DNA of 44,281 nt, from NCBI RefSeq assembly GCF_004010195.1, contig NC_057718.1:100482965-100527245 (forward strand), read 5' to 3'. The DNA is from Chiloscyllium plagiosum (lineage: Eukaryota). Position numbers and translations under genes: made by a program. The notes beneath the pieces are model-generated. The model made no database searches, had not been told where the DNA came from, and saw only the letters and a program-made list of their open reading frames with translations. Positions 26,545 to 37,979 of the stretch are shown piece after piece. Position 1 is the stretch's first letter. The number at the start of each line of letters is the position of its first letter.

Positions 26545-26905
26545 CACTCATACTCACACGCACTCATTCATACATTTTCTCACACAGATACTTACAACAC
26601 TGTCACACACATGCACACTTTTTCTCTCACACACATGCATACTTTCTCGCACGCATACTTGCACGCATACACACACGCACATTTTCTCTCTCTCTCTCAT
26701 TCACACACACTTTCCCTCTTTCACACATGCACACTTTCCCTCTCTCTCATATACACACATTCCGTCTCTCACACACAAATATACACAGACACAGATACAC
26801 GGACCATCTCACACACATTTACACATACACACAGAAACACACAGATACACACAGACCCTCTCTCTCACATATACACTCACGCAGACTCTCTCTCACACAC
26901 ACAGC
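26545..26905. repeat. Degenerate (CA)n/(CT)n low-complexity tract in the putative ISM1 3' UTR
   Basis: About 360 nt of interrupted CACACA/CTCTCT; it explains the spurious His/Thr-rich ORFs. Confidence 0.9.
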
Positions 26906-27017
26906 TTCATGTGGTTTGCTTATTTTAGATACCATCTGGACTTTGAGCCAGCTGAACACAGCAAAGACCGAGAGAGAGAGAGAGCTTTCATATCCCTTTT
27001 CAAGAAGCAAATCTGAA

Positions 27018-27023
27018 AATAAA
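27018..27023 (+). terminator. Candidate ISM1 polyadenylation signal AATAAA
   Basis: AATAAA about 1.1 kb after the stop, followed by U-rich and GU-rich sequence (about 27024-27115). No transcript evidence. Confidence 0.35.
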
Positions 27024-28154
27024 TTGTAATTTAATTTTAAAAGTAACCTGAAGGTTTTCCTTCCTCCTACAGCACCCACCCCCAGCCCACCTTTTATCTT
27101 GTGGGTGTGTGTATGAAAGGTTTTAACCTGCACCTTTTATCAGTCCATTGCTATCAGATGGGGGCCAGTTCGTACAAGCGTTTGATCACTGGCCGCCTGG
27201 AGTGACCAGCTGCTGACCCTTATGAGCATGAACAAACACACAGATCAGCTTCAGATGGGCTTGGCTGCTGCAGCTCGCATTGCTTGGCATTCTTATAGCT
27301 TCAAATCTGACTGTCACAGCTCTAACCAATCTATTTTTAATTTCTATCCTAAAATCACCTTCTCATCTCCCAGAGAGAGGGGTGCAAAGTACATTTCTGT
27401 TCTCCCCTGTTTTGTTTAAGACTAGTAAGTGTTTCTGAGATAGTTCAGTGTTAAATGCCAGTCCCTTACATTAACTCCAGCATAAGGTTACATTATCCGG
27501 AGGGATGAGAACAACTGATCTTTATCTAATCATCTCGTCTGCCCAGGAAGTCCTGGAGATCAAAGCAAGGTGCATTTATTTAGCACTATGTCAAGTTAAA
27601 AACAGTTCAGAGGCAGACATACAATCTGCCAAAGCTTGAATCCTTTCTGAATGACATTGCCTGCCTTCATAACAGAACTCTACCAACGGACCATTCTCAG
27701 CTGCTGACTGTTAAAAGTGACATCTTTCAATGCATCACAGAAATCCCTTTCTGAAACTCACTGACACTTCTGCTGGTGAGAATGTGTGTTCTCTTAAAAA
27801 GAAATTAATGTAACAACTACATAATTTGGGGACTTAAAAAAAACACTGAAGGACTGGCACAGAAACAGGAAGAGCATTTAACGGATGCAGTCATTCGAGC
27901 TTTAGAAAAAGTTGCTAAGTGCTTTGTGATCAAGGCTAGCCTCTAATACAGATAAACAGGCTCTCTCTGTGATCTCTCCCACATGCTGTTCCTGATCTCA
28001 GAATATTGGGATCCTCACCGGCTAACTACCTCGATTGGAGGGCAGACGGGAAGGTTGAATCAGGCTCCGCTATTACCAGGTTGGGGTGGAATGGGGAATT
28101 ATTCGGGGTTACGTGAATGCCAGTTTATGGGTTATTGATGAAAGATGTTACTTA

Positions 28155-28530
28155 TAAAGTCATACAGCACGGAAACAGACCCTTCAGCCCAATCAGTCCA
28201 TGTCGAACATAATCCCAAAATGAACTAGTTGCGCTCGCCTGCTCCTAGTCCATATCCCTCCAAACCGTTTCTATTCATGCACTTATCTAAATATCTTTTA
28301 AATGTTATAATCGTGCCCACCCTCTGGAAGTTCATTCTGCACCTGACTCACCCTCTGTGTAAAAAAACTGTCTCTCATGCCTTTTACAAATTTCTCTCCT
28401 CACACCTTAAAATTGCATCCCCCAGTTTTGAAATCCCCCGTCAGAGGGAAAGGACAACTACCATTAACTCTATCCATACCCCTCATTACTTTTATAAACT
28501 TTATCAGGTTGCCTCTCAACCTCCTACGCT
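28155..28530 (-). mobile_element. CR1 LINE 3' end
   Basis: Tail homology to 19225-19672. Confidence 0.78.
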
Positions 28531-28609
28531 CACATGGATGGTAACACTTATTCTCACTCTTTTCACCCCTCCTCTGATGACTGGGAGCAGGCCAATCGAG
28601 TGATTATTG

Positions 28610-28712
28610 ATTCTGAACAGGGACCACTGGACTCGAAACGTTAGCTCTGTTTCTCTGTTCACAGATGCTGCCAGACCCGCTGAGCTTCTCCAGCACTTTC
28701 TGTTTCTGTCTC
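28610..28712 (+). mobile_element. PLE-derived fragment (family B) with a degenerate hammerhead
   Basis: ttCTGAACAgggaccactggactcGAAACGTTagctctg...gatgctgccagacc, homologous to 31762-31855. Confidence 0.6.
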
Positions 28713-29196
28713 AATGACAATTGGACTGGTTAGGTTCTTTGTAGGTATCTGGGTAATCTTTCACATTGACCACTTGATGCCAAAGACAAAGTTGGACTGT
28801 AATGGCCTGGTTATGGGAGCTGCTTGCTCCAGGTCACTGACCTTCAACACTATGATTTGGACTCTATAGTCATCTTTATCCTTTATGAGGAAAATATACT
28901 TCCTCACATGAAGCAAACCAGATTGTAAGCAACTGGTGTCATGTACATCACCTCAAATCAGGGACATGAGTAACCAAGTTAATCCATTTCCTCAGGTGTT
29001 GCTGTTGGGAGAACTCCCAGTTGCTCATTTATGTTTATAGACCTAGGCAGAAACCGACAGGGCAGGTAGACTTGGTTAAATGCCTTTCCTGGAGGAATCA
29101 CATCTCTGACAATCTAGCACAGGTTCAGGGTTACAGATAGAATACGAGTTGAAGCTTCAGTGTGGGGTTTGAGCCCAACAACATGTCAATGTTTAG

Positions 29197-29535
29197 GTAG
29201 CACAGTGGCTCAGAGGTTAGCACTGCTGCCTCACAGCACCAAGGACACAGGTTTAATTCTACCCTCAGGTGTCTGAGAGGAGATTACATGTTTTCCCTGT
29301 GTCTGCGTCGGTTTCTACCAGGCACTCCAGTTTCTCCCTACAGTCCAAAGGTGTGTAGGTTCAGGTGGATTGGCTATGCTAAATTGCCCATAGTGTCCAA
29401 GGTTGAGTAGGTTAGGTTGTCAAGCCATGGAAAATGCAGAGTTACAGGGATGGGGTAGTGGGATGGGGTGCTTTTGGAGGGGCTCTGTGGACTCAATAGG
29501 TAAATGGCGTGCCCCCACACTGAAAGGATTCTATG
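29197..29535 (+). mobile_element. HE1-type SINE
   Basis: gcacagtggctcagaggttagcactgctgcctcacagc homology. Confidence 0.82.
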
Positions 29536-29609
29536 AATGTTGATCTTTACCTAGAGAATGTGGAGCTTGTTTCTTTAAGGAGTAGTCAAGGGGAACAACA
29601 AGGGTAGAT

Positions 29610-30050
29610 GTAGAGCATAAAATGTGGGAGCAGAAGTAGTCGGCTATTCAGCCCATTGAGTCTGCTGTGCCATTCAATGAGGATTCAAATCCATCAACTC
29701 CAACTTCCTGTCTTTATCCCATAACCTGATTCACTTCCTGATTATGAATTTCACTATCCTTGAATATATTTAACTATCAAACCTCCACAGCTCTTAGCAG
29801 TAAAGAATTCCACATATTCACTCTCCTCTGGGCGAAGAAATTCCTCCTCAATTCTGTCTTAAATGGACGACCCTTTACTCTGAGATGATGCCCTCGAGTC
29901 TTAGATTCTACCAAAAGGGGATAAAGTCTCTCAGTATCCACCCTGTCAAGCCCTCTGAGAATTTTGTATGTTCCAATCGGTTATCTTCCACTCTTCTAAA
30001 CTCTAATGGGTACAGGCAGAATTTGCTCAAGCTCCTCCTCATAAGACTTT
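29610..30050 (-). mobile_element. CR1 LINE 3' end
   Basis: Similar to 42870-43270. Confidence 0.72.
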
Positions 30051-30563
30051 CTTCTTTGAGGAGGAGCTAGGTAAGCACAAGTTAAGAAAGATGTCAACTT
30101 TTATTTTGATAGCATTAGACAAAAGAGGGGGAAGAGATTTTTGTGGCAAATGAAGGCTGGCATAGACTAGTTGGAGCGAATGGCCTGTTTCTATACCACA
30201 AGTTTCAGATAAATTTAATGAGGATTCAAATCCATCAAAAAAACTTAAGTGAAACATGAGTATTCAATGTATCATTGATAATTAAATAAGTAACCTATCT
30301 ACAGTCAATGAACAGTAGCTGGTGTGAGAATTGGGGAAGCCTGGAAGAAGGGGAAATTTTTTGGCAAGGCTTAGGTGCTTGCTTTGGTGTAGTGTTGCGG
30401 TGGAGGTTGAGATTGCGGTCTTACTCTAGGAGTGCCACCATCACCACAGGTTACATGTGCTGCTTTCAAGCCTTCCTGAAACAGCAGGTGGACCTGATCA
30501 TCTTAAGGACACTAAGTATGTCTGCGCTGTGGAGGCTGGTGTGAAAGGGAGACCACAATGTCA

Positions 30564-30823
30564 GGGAACACATGATAGTCCACAAGACTCAGTTGGTCGA
30601 AGGCACCCAAAGCAAAAGGTTTCAGCTTTTGGTCACTCCAGTAGCAGGAGGAAGAAGCCTCAAGCAGCAGAGGAACTGATATCAGTCTCCAGGGGGAACA
30701 CATGATAGTCCACAGGACTCAGTTGGTCGAAGGCACCCAAAGCAAAAGGTTTCAGCTTTTGGTCACTCCAGTAGCAGGAGAAGAAGCCTCAAGCAGCAGA
30801 GGAACTGATATCAGTCTCCAGGG
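30564..30823. repeat. Tandem duplication, 130-bp unit x2
   Basis: gggaacacatgatagtccac...gatatcagtctccaggg starts at 30564 and 30694, with one substitution and one 1-nt indel. Confidence 0.95.
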
Positions 30824-31652
30824 ATTTGAAGCTTAGGAAAAGTCCCGGAAAGCTGGAAAGGCAGCGGATGTGGGTGGGGCACAGTCTATGTATCAGACTG
30901 AGAGAAGCAAACATAGAAGAATTTCCCATACAGCTAAAATGTTGTGTTTGGTTCTGAGGGCTCACTGTACTCCCAGGCATTGCTTGTCAGTTGAGATGGA
31001 GGGTGAAGGCAGCCCACAAGCGATATTTGCTTGGTGCAGGTGAGAAACGTTGGAGCTGGAAGAAACCTAAGGGCATTGCCAGCTTAGTGAAGCTAGCTGT
31101 CTGCGAAAGAGCTGGAAATGTGGCAAACATGGGTTGGAATACTTCAGAAATTGAGTGAAACATAAGACCCTGGGGAAGAGATTTAACAGGCATTCAGACA
31201 GTCTGTCATAGAGCAGCTTTGAGAGAATTTCAATGCTGTTTCTCTGACAGTGAAGAATTGGAATCCAAGTGAAGAAGACAAGGTTTTAAGGAGATATGGT
31301 GACCTACAAATCATGCACATCAGGGTGGAATGCTGAGTGGTCTATGGCATGTGTCCTGACCACATCAATTTGATGTAATCTGTGGAGCTTCCAACCACAG
31401 TTAGTCTGTTGATTCATATTTACCTCCTTGTTAATGCTGAAAATTAAAATATAAGCTGCATATATATTGTACATTATTTAAATGATTTAACCTTGTATAG
31501 TAAAGTTAACTTTGTTTTCAAAAATCTTGTAGATTTATTGTCTAAGTCCCTGGGACATCAAATTTTGTGCACTTTTGACAAAAAAAGGTTACTAGTCCCC
31601 AGTCAGTCTGTCACCTAATTTGGTGGTCTCATCTAGGACCATAAGATAATTT

Positions 31653-31860
31653 ATAAAAACTGAAAGAACTACAGATGCTGTAAATTTGAGACAAAAATAG
31701 ACATTACTGGAAAAGCCCAGCAAGTCTGGCAGCATCTGTGGCAAGAAATCAGAGACCGGTAGTTCTGAGGAAGGGTCATTTGGCCTGAAAAGTTAACTCT
31801 GATTTCTCTTTACAGATGCTGCCAGATCTGCTGAGTTTTTCCAGCAATTTAATTTTTTGT
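31653..31860. mobile_element. Palindromic PLE-derived element (family B) with hammerhead core at 31765-31790 (+)
   Basis: CTGAGGA-AGGGTC-ATTT-GGCCT-GAAA; arms ctggaaaagcccagcaagtctggcagcatctgt / acagatgctgccagatctgctgagtttttccag. TSD CCATAA(G/A)ATAATTT at 31639-31652 and 31861-31874. Confidence 0.75.
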
Positions 31861-31873
31861 CCATAAAATAATT

Positions 31874-31891
31874 TGGGGGTTTGTCTGGGAT
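31874..31891 (+). promoter_or_regulatory. Primer-binding site complementary to the tRNA-Pro 3' end (decayed)
   Basis: TGGGGGTTTGTCTGGGAT vs canonical TGGGGGCTCGTCCGGGAT: 15/18 match, all three differences C>T, two at CpG. Confidence 0.7.
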
Positions 31892-32025
31892 CTGAAATCT
31901 ACAGAAAAATATGAGTCTTGGGATTTGTGGAGGTTAAAGCTGACAATAAATTTACAGTGTAGTACTTGTTGAGGATCAAAATAAATTTGCCAGTTGCTAT
32001 GACTGATCCCTCAGCAATTGACTAA

Positions 32026-32150
32026 ATGAAGGGCTTCTGCCCGAAATGTCGATTTTCCTGGTCCTCGCATGCTGCCTGACCTGCTATGTTTTTCCAGCAC
32101 CACTCTAACCTTGACTCTAATCTCCAGCATCTGCAGTCCTTACTTTTGCC
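32026..32150 (+). mobile_element. 5'-truncated PLE-derived family-A fragment
   Basis: atgaagggcttctgcccgaaatgtcgatttt...gctgcctgacctgct...ccagcaccact. Confidence 0.7.
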
Positions 32151-32419
32151 TAAATTTTACCAAGGCTGGGTTAATAACATTCTCAGGAAAGTTGGAGTTA
32201 TAGCAATAACTAGAGCTGAGAAAGTTTACATTATTGAAGAGTTAATGTGATGGAATTTCGAGCTTGAAGAAGGAAAAGTTAAACCAGATAACAATTCAGT
32301 GGATTTGGCAAGAGTTCAATCACAAATGAAGTGGCTTGAGATAGAGAAAGAAAGAAACAAAGGAGTTGTAGACAATAAGAGGTAGAGAAAAGCAAAAGGT
32401 AGATCAAAAAAAAGATCTA

Positions 32420-33200
32420 CCCTTCGGTCTAACCCTTCCATGCCGACCAGATATCCCAACCCAATCTCGTCCCATCTGCCAGTACCCGGCCCATATCCCT
32501 CCAAACCCTTCCTATTCATATACCCATCCAAATGCCTTTTAAATGTTGCAATTCTACCAGCCTCCACCACTGCCTCTGGCAGCTCATTCCATACACGTGC
32601 CACCCTCTGCATGAAAAAGTTGCCCCTTGGGTCTCTTTTATATCTTTCCCCTCTCAATTCTGGAATATTGTGTGCAATTCTGGCCTCCTTTCTATCGGAA
32701 AGATGTTGTGAAACTTAAAAGGGTTCAGAAAAGATTTACAAGGATGTTGCCAGGGTTGGAAGATTTGAGCTATAGGGAGAGGTTGAATAGGCTTGGGCAG
32801 TTTTCCCTGGAGCGTCGGAGGCTGAGGGGTGACCTTAAAGAGGTGTATAAAATCATGAGAGGCATGGATAGGATAAATAGACAATGCCTTTTCCCTGGGG
32901 TGAGGGAGTCCAGAACTATAGGGCATTGGTTTAGGGTGAGGGGGGAAAGATAAAAAAGGGACCTAAGGGACAACGTTTTCATACAGAGGGTGGTGCATGA
33001 ATGGAACGACCTGCCAGAGGAAGTGATGGAGGCTGGTACAATTGCAGCATTTAAAAGGCATCTGGATGGGTATATGAATAGGAAGGGCTTTGAGGGATAT
33101 GGTCCAAGGGCTGGCAAATGGGACATTGGAGGTTAGGATATCTGGTTGGCATGGACAAGTTGGACGAAGGGTCTGTTTTCATGCTGTACATCTCTATGAC
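32420..33200. mobile_element. Two young CR1 3' ends joined in opposite orientation (32420-32655 minus; 32656-33200 plus)
   Basis: ORFs 32316-32657 (-) and 32627-32953 (+) carry CR1 C-terminal motifs; the tails are reverse complements. Confidence 0.88.
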
Positions 33201-33204
33201 TAAG

Positions 33205-34340
33205 ATGAGGAATAAAGTTGGATGGACTAAACAGCATCCTACAAGCACCAGGGGGCTTATGCCAAGATGAAGAGCTCTACTATAGATTAAATCAAGCAAC
33301 AGACGGATATAGTCATACTCATGGAATCGTATCTGAGAGGCAATGTGCCAGACACTACCATCACCATCCCTGGGTATGCCTTGTCCATTCAGCATCACTG
33401 TTGTATAATATTGGAAGCAAGTTGTTCTGGGAGGCATGAACGTTGACCCCATGACTGTATCAATGCATCAGGCCAAACATGGACAATGAAAACTCCTGCT
33501 GGCTACCACTTATCATATACCCCCTCAGTTGATGAATCATTACTCCTCCTTATCAAATGTCAATTGGAAGAGGCACGGAGGGTTGCAAGGGTACAGAGAA
33601 TGGGAATTTCACTCAATCAGCAGGAGTGGTTCAGTAGCATCGTTATTGACTTAGCTGGATGAATCCTAAAGGACACAGCTGCAACATTGGGTCTGTAGCA
33701 AGTAGTGAGGGAACCAACAAGATAGAAAATCTTACTTGACCTCAACCTCACCATTCTACATATCTCATGTGCTCTTGACAGTATTGTTAGGAGTGACCAT
33801 TGTGCAGTCCTTGTGGAGTTGAAATCCTGTCTTCACATTACGGATATTCTGTGTTATGTGTTAAAATCACCCTGCTAATGGGATAGATTTCAAACAGAGC
33901 TAAGATGTCACAGAAGCAACAGATCAGACTTAAACTCTGCAGTTCTGCCACCTCCACCATCAATGGCAAACAATTAAATAGGTAAGGAGGTGATTCCACA
34001 AATATCATGATGTTCAATGATGGGGGAATCCCTGCACAACAGTGCAAAACACAAGGCTGAAGCATTTGCAATGATCCTCAACCAAAAATGCTGGGTGGAT
34101 GATTAATCATCTCAGCCTCCTCTTGAAATCTATACCTTCTCTGAAGCCAGTCTTTCGCCAATTTGATTCACTCGACATGTTATCAAGAAATGGTGGAAGG
34201 CGCACGATACTGCAGAGGTTCTGACAACAATAATAGTGAAGCCATGCTCCAATGTTAACTGTGCCCCTAACCAAACTGTTCCAGTACAGATACAACACTG
34301 GCATCCACTCAGGGTGTACCATATGCACAAAAGCAGGACA
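33205..34340 (+). mobile_element. Old LINE remnant with apurinic-like endonuclease motifs
   Basis: Decayed motifs resembling QQEW, VREPTR...NLLDL.LT and RSDH..V. Clade not determined. Confidence 0.5.
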
Positions 34341-35115
34341 ATTGGTTAGAGGCAGTTAAAGCATAAGTTGCTAACTTTGGTTGTTGTTCACTCAATGGGC
34401 AAAGAGGCAGTGAGCAGGAAAGGGTCTGTTGTTAGCGGTTTCCAGGCAGTCAGGGCTTGGGATAAGATCTGAGGAGTGGTGAGGCACTAGACGATTACTG
34501 GCTTTCTCAGAGAGGGGGAGCAGTCAGATATAGTGTCTCAATTTAACTAAAGAGCTGTGATTGGTTCTGAATAGCTGTATTGAACTGAATTCCCAGGGTC
34601 AATCAAGAGTGAAGAAAGCCTGCAAGTGGCATTTGCTTGGTGCACGCAAGAAATATTGCGGCTCTAGAAGAAACACAGGAACTGTGTCAGCTTAGTGAAG
34701 TCAGCTGCCTGTGAAAAAAAACCCCGTTGGAATTCGAGGTGCTGGAGTGTACCCTTGTGAATCCAGCGGAACACAGTCTCAGGGAAAGAAATTGAACTTT
34801 GCGCAGTCATTGAGGCAGTCCTTGTCAGGTTATGTATTCAAAAGTGAAGAATTGAATCCCACATGATGGAGGTAAAAGTTTTGAAGGTGATTTGGTGATC
34901 CCCATCATTTCACATCTGAATGGGTTACTGAGAAATTTAAGGGATCTACCATGACAGCATTTGCTATTTGATGTGATTTGTGGGAAATTCAACCATAGTT
35001 TGTCTGTTACCTTTTATTTGCCTCATGTTAGTTCTGAGATTCAAAGTTTGGGAGAAGATTTGTAGCTCGGGTGCTCGTTGTTGTGGTTCTGTTCACCGAG
35101 CTGGGAATTTGTGTT

Positions 35116-35155
35116 GCAGACGTTTCGTCCCCTGTCTAGGTGACATCCTCAGTGC
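35116..35155 (-). ncRNA. Minimal type I hammerhead ribozyme motif, intact (antisense twin)
   Basis: Reverse complement GCA-CTGAGGA-T-GTCACCTAGACAGGGGAC-GAAAC-GTC-TGC. Confidence 0.8.
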
Positions 35156-35396
35156 TTGGGAGCCTCCTGTGAAGCGCTTCTGTGATGTTTCCTCCAACAT
35201 TTATAATGGTTTGAATCGAGCGAATTCCTAGAGGCATGGCACTCATCCACAGATTCAATCAATAAGCACATCGACCTGGACCCAATATACCGACCACTGC
35301 AACGGGCAGTTGGAACTGACAACCGGAAGCGGCAGATTCAAACCACTACAAATGCCGGAGGAAAGATCACAGAAGCGCTTCACAGGAGGCTCCCAA

Positions 35397-35436
35397 GCAC
35401 TGAGGATGTCACCCAGACAGGGGACGAAACGTCTGC
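35397..35436 (+). ncRNA. Minimal type I hammerhead ribozyme motif, intact; predicted cleavage after 35433
   Basis: GCA-CTGAGGA-T-GTCACCCAGACAGGGGAC-GAAAC-GTC-TGC: stem I GCA/UGC, stem II GUC.CC/GG.GAC, palindromic ACGU in place of stem III, GUC triplet. Confidence 0.8.
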
Positions 35437-36947
35437 AACACAAATTCCCAGCTTAGTTCTGAGAGTTAAAATATTATTTTACACCCACACATATATACAT
35501 ATCAAATAGATATTATATGTTGAAACAGAGAAAAAGATTGTTTTACTTTGCTAGCCTTGTATTATTTATTGTAATTATTCAAAACTCTGGAATCCTATGG
35601 TTTTATTCTCTTAGTGGGTACCTGGGATTCCAGGTTAAGTTACTTTTAAACTAAAAGGAATGGCTGAACCCTAACCAGATCATAATTTAGCAGTCTCATC
35701 TGAAATCATAACACCAATAAAGAAGGATTTGTCCCTCACAACAATATTATCTTCTTGTATCGAATAATTGAATAATTTATTTCTATGCACATTTGTGTTT
35801 AGTAACAAATTCAGCAAGTATTAGCATTTCCAACACTGGTTTATCTCAGCATCAAAATCTCAAGTCAGTTCTTACGTGTGAGAGTGGAATTTCTTCCACA
35901 GTTAAACCGCATGTGTTCCCTCATTAAAGTCTTACTTCAATGTAATGTCATTGCTCCCAAAAGAGATTTGAACTTTGGTGATGTATTTGTTTGAGGGGCC
36001 CAAAGCTGATAGTAATTTATTAAGTTGGCTGCCCTCAACAGCTCAAGGGTAGTGGCGCGTACTTCAGGAAATGGTTCGCCATAATTCCAAAGATATTTAT
36101 TTAACTGTCAATGTTAATTAGGTGGCTCTGCAGAACCTGGTAAACATGTACAACCTTACGAGCAACTCCAGCGTCTGTGCTGGATTCCAACAATAAATGC
36201 ATTATTTCCTTTTTCGCTGTGGCATTACTGGGATTTTTTTTTTTTAACGTTTTCACAGCCGGGTGACTAGTTCAGAAAGTTAGTGCAGTTTCTTGCTCCG
36301 TATCAGAGCTTGAGACTGAAATTTCATAAGGCCATCCAAATGTTTCCTTTGCTTCGTAACACCATGAGGCTCAGATTTCCTGAGGCCCAAAGTACTGTGT
36401 GTCAAAGTTGTTGGGAGATCTAAAATCACTGCACAAGATTAATCAGAAAGATTTTATACCTTGTAGACTCTCGTATTTAAAAATGATTTGTTTTTAAAAG
36501 GTAACCAACTTAAAATCGATGGCAAAAATCATAATCACAAATTTTAGTTCAGGGATGTTTCTTTGATTTGAACATGTAAATGTTTAAATCAAGTTTGAAG
36601 ATATAAACTTACATCAGACCAACAGTTTTGGAATTAACAGATTTTTCTATGTTCATCTGTTCCTTTGTTCAGTTGTTCCTTCTCACATGTTTAGGTATAT
36701 TCTAGAGCAAATAAATAATTTCCTAGGTGCAATGATAGTGTCCCTGCCTCTGGACCAGAGGCACCAGTTCAAGTCTCACTTGCTTCAAAGGTGTGTCATA
36801 AAATCTCTGAACAGGTTGTTTAGAAACTATCTGGATTGTTTCCTGCCACAAGATTTACAGCTATGACGTTATTTGAAGTAAACTCCATGTTTACTACATC
36901 TCTCTCAGTCCAGTAATTTTTTTCACAACTCTCTGCAGCTGTAGATG

Positions 36948-37157
36948 TGGAGATGCCGGTGATCAACGGGTGGACAAAATCAAAAGTCTCACAGCACCAG
37001 GTTATAGTCTAACAGCTTTATTTAAAATCACAAGCCTTCGGAGCGCTGCTCCTTTGTCAGATGAAGTCTTCTCCTGATGAAGGAGCAGTACGTCAAAAGC
37101 TTGTGATTTTAAATAAATCTGTTGGACTATATCCTGGTGTCATGTGACTCCTGACTT
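36948..37157. mobile_element. Palindromic PLE-derived element (family C) with two mutated hammerhead cores
   Basis: Arms caccaggttatagtc...aaaatcacaagc / gcttgtgatttt...gactatatcctggtg. CTGATGA-AGGAGC at 37074; flanking repeat tgtagatg. Confidence 0.72.
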
Positions 37158-37979
37158 TGTAGATGAGCACGTAGGATTCTCAAAAAAACTGAAGTTTAGT
37201 TGAGAAGAATCCAAACGTGCTGTCTCCCTGTTGGGTTCAAAATTATATGATTTTTGATGGAGTTTTGTGAAAAATAATTGAGAAATAGGTGTGTGTGTGG
37301 CATGGGGAATTGTATTTATACTTACATTTTAAAACTGGTCAAATGATGAAATACAGGTATGCATTGTGAGAATAGGGATTGAATGTGGTCTTATATCTGA
37401 CTAAATATTTAGAAGGTTAATGTATACACATCTGTACTTTGACCTTTGAACAGCAATTGCGTTACATGTAGAAAAAACTTGCTGGCTTTCAACATATTCA
37501 TATAAGACTGGAAGCCAGTTTGCAATTATCTTGTTATAGCAGCTGTAGGGTTCTTTTCCCCCTCCAAACTGTTTCCACCCTGAATATTTTGTCTTCTTCA
37601 GATGACGTGAGGGTGATTAGCGTTGGGGAATAGCCATAAGTACACCCGGCAAGTTCAATTTAACAATGTACCGTAAAAGGCTCACTATGGTGCCACAGGG
37701 ACGCTGAAGGGAACTGACCAATGCCTCACAGAACTCAAAGCATCATCCTTTGATCAATCAGTAGCACACTAATCTCAAAAGTCATGAGGAATCTGCAATC
37801 AAATTCCATTCCATGCTTAAATTTAAAAATTGAGGCTGACACTCCAGTGCTGCTGTGTTGAATGTCACTAAATGGAGGCATCATTTAGGCCTACTTGAGT
37901 GAATTGTAAAAGGTGCAATGGTTCTATGTCAATCAAGAGCAGAGGAGGTCTCCTTGATTGCCCAACCAATATTTATTAT

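Larger units (their letters stand above)
30300..32410 (+). mobile_element. Decayed Gypsy-type LTR retrotransposon: 5' LTR (ending about 31646), PBS and gag-like start; 5' boundary uncertain
   Basis: LTR end ...gtctcatctaggaccataaga; PBS-like TGGGGGTTTGTCTGGGAT; gag-like LARVQSQMKWLEIEKER; homology to 34600-35713. Confidence 0.6.
35040..35452. mobile_element. Penelope-like element 3' end with inverted terminal repeat (family D) and GIY-YIG C-terminal remnant
   Basis: Arms 35100-35216 and 35335-35452. The middle encodes EFLEAWHSSTDSINKHIDLDPIYRPLQR. TSD TTAGTTCTGAGA at 35028-35039 and 35453-35464. Confidence 0.88.
34350..35713 (+). mobile_element. Second, diverged LTR-like sequence ending ...CATAACA; 5' boundary uncertain
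   Basis: Blocks atttgcttggtgca, cagcttagtgaag, gtgaagaattg and gtctcatct...cataa are shared with 31020-31646. Confidence 0.6.

Noticed and set aside
26525..27133. His/Thr-rich ORFs of 100-163 aa
   Set aside because: They are translations of a CA/CT microsatellite-like tract.
30564..30823. CRISPR-like array
   Set aside because: Two contiguous 130-bp units with no spacers, in vertebrate DNA.
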